A DNA stretch of 32,000 nt, from the NCBI RefSeq assembly GCF_000091665.1, contig NC_000909.1, positions 473,581 through 505,580 of the forward strand. The letters run 5' to 3'. Made by a program: the position numbers and the translations under genes. The notes under the pieces are model-generated. The model searched no databases. It saw only the letters and a list, made by a program, of their open reading frames with translations, and was not told where the DNA came from. This DNA comes from Methanocaldococcus jannaschii DSM 2661. Its GTDB lineage: Archaea; AGJL01; Methanococci; Methanococcales; Methanocaldococcaceae. Below are positions 28,920-32,000 of this stretch, piece after piece (position 1 is the stretch's first letter; the number at the start of each line of letters is the position of its first letter).

Positions 28920-30926
28920 TTAAAATAATAGATTTCCAATAACGGAGATTACCAAAGCTACAACATAAGCTAATATCATCTCATAAGTTACTGCAAATAA
29001 CGCCCATTTCCACCCAATTTCTTGCTTTATAACTGCTAATGTTGCAATACATGGGAGGTAAATTAAAGAAAATGCCATAAATGCATAGGCAGATACTGGA
29101 GAGAATGCATGAGCAATAACAGATGAGAGATTTTCCTCTCCAGTCCCATATAACATTGCCAAACTTCCAACAACTACCTCCTTAGCTATTATCCCAAACA
29201 CCAAAGCAGAGCAAGCCCTCCAATCCCATCCCATTGGAGAAAATAAAGGAGCTAAAGTTTTTCCAATAACTGCAACCCATGAATTAGCTATTAATTGAGG
29301 ATTTTCAAATACTTCCTCTCCTAAATATCCTGAAGGTCCATAAACTGATAAAACCCAAACTAAGATAACTCCAAATACAATAATTGTTCCCGCCTTTCTT
29401 AAAAAGTCATAAACTCTCTCCCAAGTATTTTTTAGAACTACATTTAAATGTGGGATATGATAGGGAGGAAGTTCAACAATCAAGTATGAGGGGGAAGTTT
29501 TAAAAATCAACTTTCTAAATAAAAATGCTGTAATTAAAGCTAAAACAACTCCAAGGGCATACATGCTTAAAATTACAACTCCCTGATATTTTGAGAATAA
29601 AGCTCCAGCGAATAGTGCATATATGGGCAGTCGTGCAGAACAAGACAATAGAGGATTTATTAATATAGTTAAAATCCTATCCTTCTCATCCTCTATGGTT
29701 CTTGTTGCCATTATCGCCGGAACATTACATCCAAAGCCCATAACCATTGAGATAACTGCCTTTCCAGGCAAGCCGAATTTGTTCATTATTCTATCTGTGA
29801 TAAATGGAATCCTCGCCATGTATCCACTATCCTCTAAGAAGGATATGGCAAAGAATAAAAATGCCAAGATTGGAAAGAACACTAAAACAGCTCCAACACC
29901 TGAAATAATCCCATCAGCTAATAATGAGGCAATAAATTTATTGGATATGGAGGATTTTACAACTTCTGATAAAAATCCAAAGAAATATTCTATCATGGCT
30001 GAAAATGGCTTTGAAACATCGAATGTAAATTTAAACAACATCCATAAAAATGGGATAATCAATAAAGTTCCTATTTTTTCATCTGTTAAAACATCATCAA
30101 GCATTTCAGTAGTTGTTAGCTTTCCAGAAGTTTTTTTCATTACTTCTTTAACTATTTTATCAATAACCTTATACCTCTCCTCAACTATCCCCAATTCTGC
30201 CTCTCCATATTTTTTAGATAATTCATTTATAATACTATCCAATACTGGTTTTAATTCATTCCAAACTTTGCTATTTTTTACAATCTCTTCAACATACTTA
30301 TCATTTTCAAGGAGCTTTATAGCCAAATATCTCAGATTATACTTCTTTAAATCTTCATCCTTCTGTAAAATAGAGGTTATTTTTTTAATGTAAGGCTCAA
30401 AGTTTGGATACTTGATTTCAGCTGTTTTTTTATCTTTTACAGCTATAGATATAGCTTTTTTTAAATCTTCAATACCCATCTTTTTAGCTGCAGATAAAGG
30501 AACAACTTTAACTCCTAAAATCTTCTCTAATTTATCTACATCAATCTCTATTCCTAAACTTTTAGCTAAATCCATTTTATTTAAAGCCAACAATAAATTA
30601 GCCCCCATTTCCATTAACTGTAAAGTTAAATATAGATTTCTTTCTAAGGCAGTAGCATCAACAATATTAACGACTAAATCTGGTTTTTCGTTTATTATGT
30701 AGTCTCTTGCAATAATCTCATCAATAGAATTGGCTGTTAAACTATAAACTCCAGGTAAATCAACAACTTTAAATTTTTCTCCATTATATTCAAACTCTCC
30801 TTCTTTTTTCTCTACAGTTACTCCAGGCCAATTTCCAATATATACATTTTCCCCAGTTAAAGCGTTAAATATGGTAGATTTACCAACGTTTGGGTTACCG
30901 ATTAAAGCTATTTCATAGCTTTTCAT
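28920..30926 (-). CDS. feoB: Ferrous iron transporter FeoB (G-domain plus permease)
   Basis: N-terminal GTPase motifs [13 protein letters not shown] and NKMD are followed by a polytopic membrane domain. The start is moved to the ATG at 30926 ([10 protein letters not shown]) behind GGGGGAGAG. It overlaps the feoA end by 14 nt. Confidence 0.93.
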   Translation of the reverse strand: MKSYEIALIGNPNVGKSTIFNALTGENVYIGNWPGVTVEKKEGEFEYNGEKFKVVDLPGVYSLTANSIDEIIARDYIINEKPDLVVNIVDATALERNLYLTLQLMEMGANLLLALNKMDLAKSLGIEIDVDKLEKILGVKVVPLSAAKKMGIEDLKKAISIAVKDKKTAEIKYPNFEPYIKKITSILQKDEDLKKYNLRYLAIKLLENDKYVEEIVKNSKVWNELKPVLDSIINELSKKYGEAELGIVEERYKVIDKIVKEVMKKTSGKLTTTEMLDDVLTDEKIGTLLIIPFLWMLFKFTFDVSKPFSAMIEYFFGFLSEVVKSSISNKFIASLLADGIISGVGAVLVFFPILAFLFFAISFLEDSGYMARIPFITDRIMNKFGLPGKAVISMVMGFGCNVPAIMATRTIEDEKDRILTILINPLLSCSARLPIYALFAGALFSKYQGVVILSMYALGVVLALITAFLFRKLIFKTSPSYLIVELPPYHIPHLNVVLKNTWERVYDFLRKAGTIIVFGVILVWVLSVYGPSGYLGEEVFENPQLIANSWVAVIGKTLAPLFSPMGWDWRACSALVFGIIAKEVVVGSLAMLYGTGEENLSSVIAHAFSPVSAYAFMAFSLIYLPCIATLAVIKQEIGWKWALFAVTYEMILAYVVALVISVIGNLLF

Positions 30927-31161
30927 TCTCTCCCCCATACTCAGCATCCTCTACCATTATTTTCATCGCTAAACCTCTCCCTATTGCTATATTGCTTCCT
31001 TTAGTTGATATTATTACAGGTCCATTCTGATTTCTTATAACTTTTAATTTACTTCCTATATTAATCCCCATGCTTACCAATCTCTGCATAGCTCCACAAC
31101 CAGCGTCAATTTTCTTTACTATAACTTCCTCTCCCTCTTTTGCAAATGCTAATGGATACAT
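30913..31161 (-). CDS. feoA: Ferrous iron transport protein FeoA (SH3-like)
   Basis: 82 aa: [15 protein letters not shown]...[45 protein letters not shown], typical of the FeoA fold family, directly upstream of feoB. Confidence 0.88.
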   Translation of the reverse strand: MYPLAFAKEGEEVIVKKIDAGCGAMQRLVSMGINIGSKLKVIRNQNGPVIISTKGSNIAIGRGLAMKIMVEDAEYGGENEKL

Positions 31162-31181
31162 AATACCACAACATTTATATA

Positions 31182-31219
31182 TGGTTAAATGATTTAATTA
31201 TAGTTAAAATTTTTAACCG
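31182..31219. promoter_or_regulatory. Candidate metalloregulator operator: two tandem imperfect 19-bp palindromes
   Basis: The units are tggttaaatgatttaatta (31182..31200) and tagttaaaatttttaaccg (31201..31219); the core gttaaaa-t-ttttaac is perfect. GTTAAA recurs at 31184, 31203 and 31222, an exact 19-bp period. It is flanked by the TATA-like ccatatataaatgt (minus strand, 31171..31184) and tataaaaa (31243..31250). Confidence 0.4.
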
Positions 31220-31265
31220 TAGTTAAATAATAACATGCAGGGTATAAAAACCTTTCGGTGGCATC

Positions 31266-31643
31266 ATGTCTCAAAGTATTGAGGATTATTTAGAGAGGAT
31301 TTATTTATTCATAAAAGAAAATAACAGACCAATAAAAACAACTGAACTGGCTAAATTGTTAAATATAAAGCCATCAGCAGTTACAAATATGGCAAAAAAA
31401 CTGCATAGATTGGGTTATGTTAATTATGAGCCATATATTGGGATAACTTTAACTGAAAAAGGCATTGAAGAGGCTAAAAAAATATTGGACAAACATAAAA
31501 CAATTAAAATATTTTTAGTGGAGTTTTTAGGATTGGATGAAAAAACAGCATCTGAAGAAGCTTGCAAATTAGAACATGCATTATCAGATGAAATATTAGA
31601 GAGATTAAAAATTTTTATGGAGAAATTTAAAGATAAAGTTTAA
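31266..31643 (+). CDS. DtxR/MntR-family metal-dependent transcriptional repressor (short form, no SH3 domain)
   Basis: Contains SIEDYLERIY...IKTTELAKLLNIKPSAVTNMAKKLHRLGYV (wHTH) and the dimerisation/metal-site helix ..HKTIKIFLVEFLGLDEKTASEEACKLEHALSDE. It is divergent from feoAB. Confidence 0.88.
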   Translation: MSQSIEDYLERIYLFIKENNRPIKTTELAKLLNIKPSAVTNMAKKLHRLGYVNYEPYIGITLTEKGIEEAKKILDKHKTIKIFLVEFLGLDEKTASEEACKLEHALSDEILERLKIFMEKFKDKV

Positions 31644-32000
31644 TTTTTTAATTTTAGTCCAATTTTTTTCCCTAATTCAACTGCCTTATCAATCTCATCA
31701 ATTTTACATTTAACCTCTCCAGAGGCATTTTTTAACTCATCGTTGGTAACAACTGCAGCTTTTAATTTTAATAACTCATTTTTTTCATCATAAACTGCTA
31801 AAGCTCCAAATGGAACACTACAACCTCCTCCAAATTCATTTAATGCAGTTCTTTCACATAAACTCTCTAAGTAAGTTCTTTCATGGTTAATCTCTTTTAA
31901 GATGCTTTTCATTTCCTCATCATCTCTTTTGCAAGCAACGGCTATAATTCCTTGAGCAGGAGCTGGAAGGATATCCAATCTTTTATAGTTAAAATCCTCT
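31640..32000 (-). CDS. hemC: Porphobilinogen deaminase (hydroxymethylbilane synthase), C-terminal part; gene runs off the right edge
   Basis: ...DILPAPAQGIIAVACKRDD...ERTALNEFGGGCSVPFGA..., including the cofactor-binding Cys. The frame stays open to position 32000. The 'M' at 31978 in the ORF track is an internal TTG Leu. Its 3' end overlaps the convergent repressor gene by 4 nt. Confidence 0.88.
   Translation of the reverse strand, partial: EDFNYKRLDILPAPAQGIIAVACKRDDEEMKSILKEINHERTYLESLCERTALNEFGGGCSVPFGALAVYDEKNELLKLKAAVVTNDELKNASGEVKCKIDEIDKAVELGKKIGLKLKN

Noticed and set aside
29623-30393. 256-aa ORF antisense to feoB, plus the many 60-120-aa antisense ORFs elsewhere in the track (for example 653..1021, 1094..1402, 4790..5011, 8767..9063, 10334..10609, 19877..20143, 30412..30702)
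   Set aside because: These are shadow ORFs opposite well-supported genes in an AT-rich genome. They have low-complexity Ser/Phe/Ile-rich translations, no RBS, and fully overlap genes with clear family motifs.

Overview
This is an AT-rich archaeal chromosomal segment, roughly 30% GC by eye. Gene content, order and protein lengths match my memory of Methanocaldococcus jannaschii, approximately MJ0537 to MJ0569. That identification comes from memory, not from a search.

Most of the window is densely packed core housekeeping, mainly on the minus strand:
- korB (partial), class I lysS, nadM, and ppsA carrying a 412-aa LAGLIDADG intein
- rpl10e, a GT2 glycosyltransferase, and minD
- a proteasome-beta-like DUF2121/Connectase-type protein, and nikR
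- a cbiJ / small sulfite-reductase-like / radical-SAM operon
- an M42 peptidase, a CBS protein, nep1, a wHTH regulator, surE, purA and alaS
- feoAB with a divergent DtxR-family repressor, and hemC (partial)

Non-housekeeping content:
1. An 8-repeat CRISPR array (27911..28409) with a long AT-rich leader and no cas genes in the window.
2. A family of short GC-rich hairpin/palindromic repeat modules sharing a GTTSATCAAAAC motif. They sit exactly at gene termini, twice together with duplication of the gene end. They are probably the palindromic MJRE repeats I recall being described for this genome.
3. A solitary C5-cytosine methyltransferase bracketed by those repeats.
4. A frameshifted pseudogene paralog of the acylphosphatase-like gene, in inverted orientation.
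5. Three small ORFs below the ORF-track cutoff that have good ribosome-binding sites.

I see no unambiguous novel system. The best candidates for undescribed biology are:
- the translationally coupled Dsr-like/radical-SAM pair downstream of cbiJ
- the MinD / 56-aa bitopic coiled-coil protein / glycoprotein cassette
- the repeat-bracketed m5C methyltransferase next to the CRISPR locus

Several ORF-track N-termini appear over-extended through TTG/GTG codons. I moved those starts to the ATG that has a GGTG/GGAG-type ribosome-binding site. All family assignments rest on motifs read by eye; no database search was possible.
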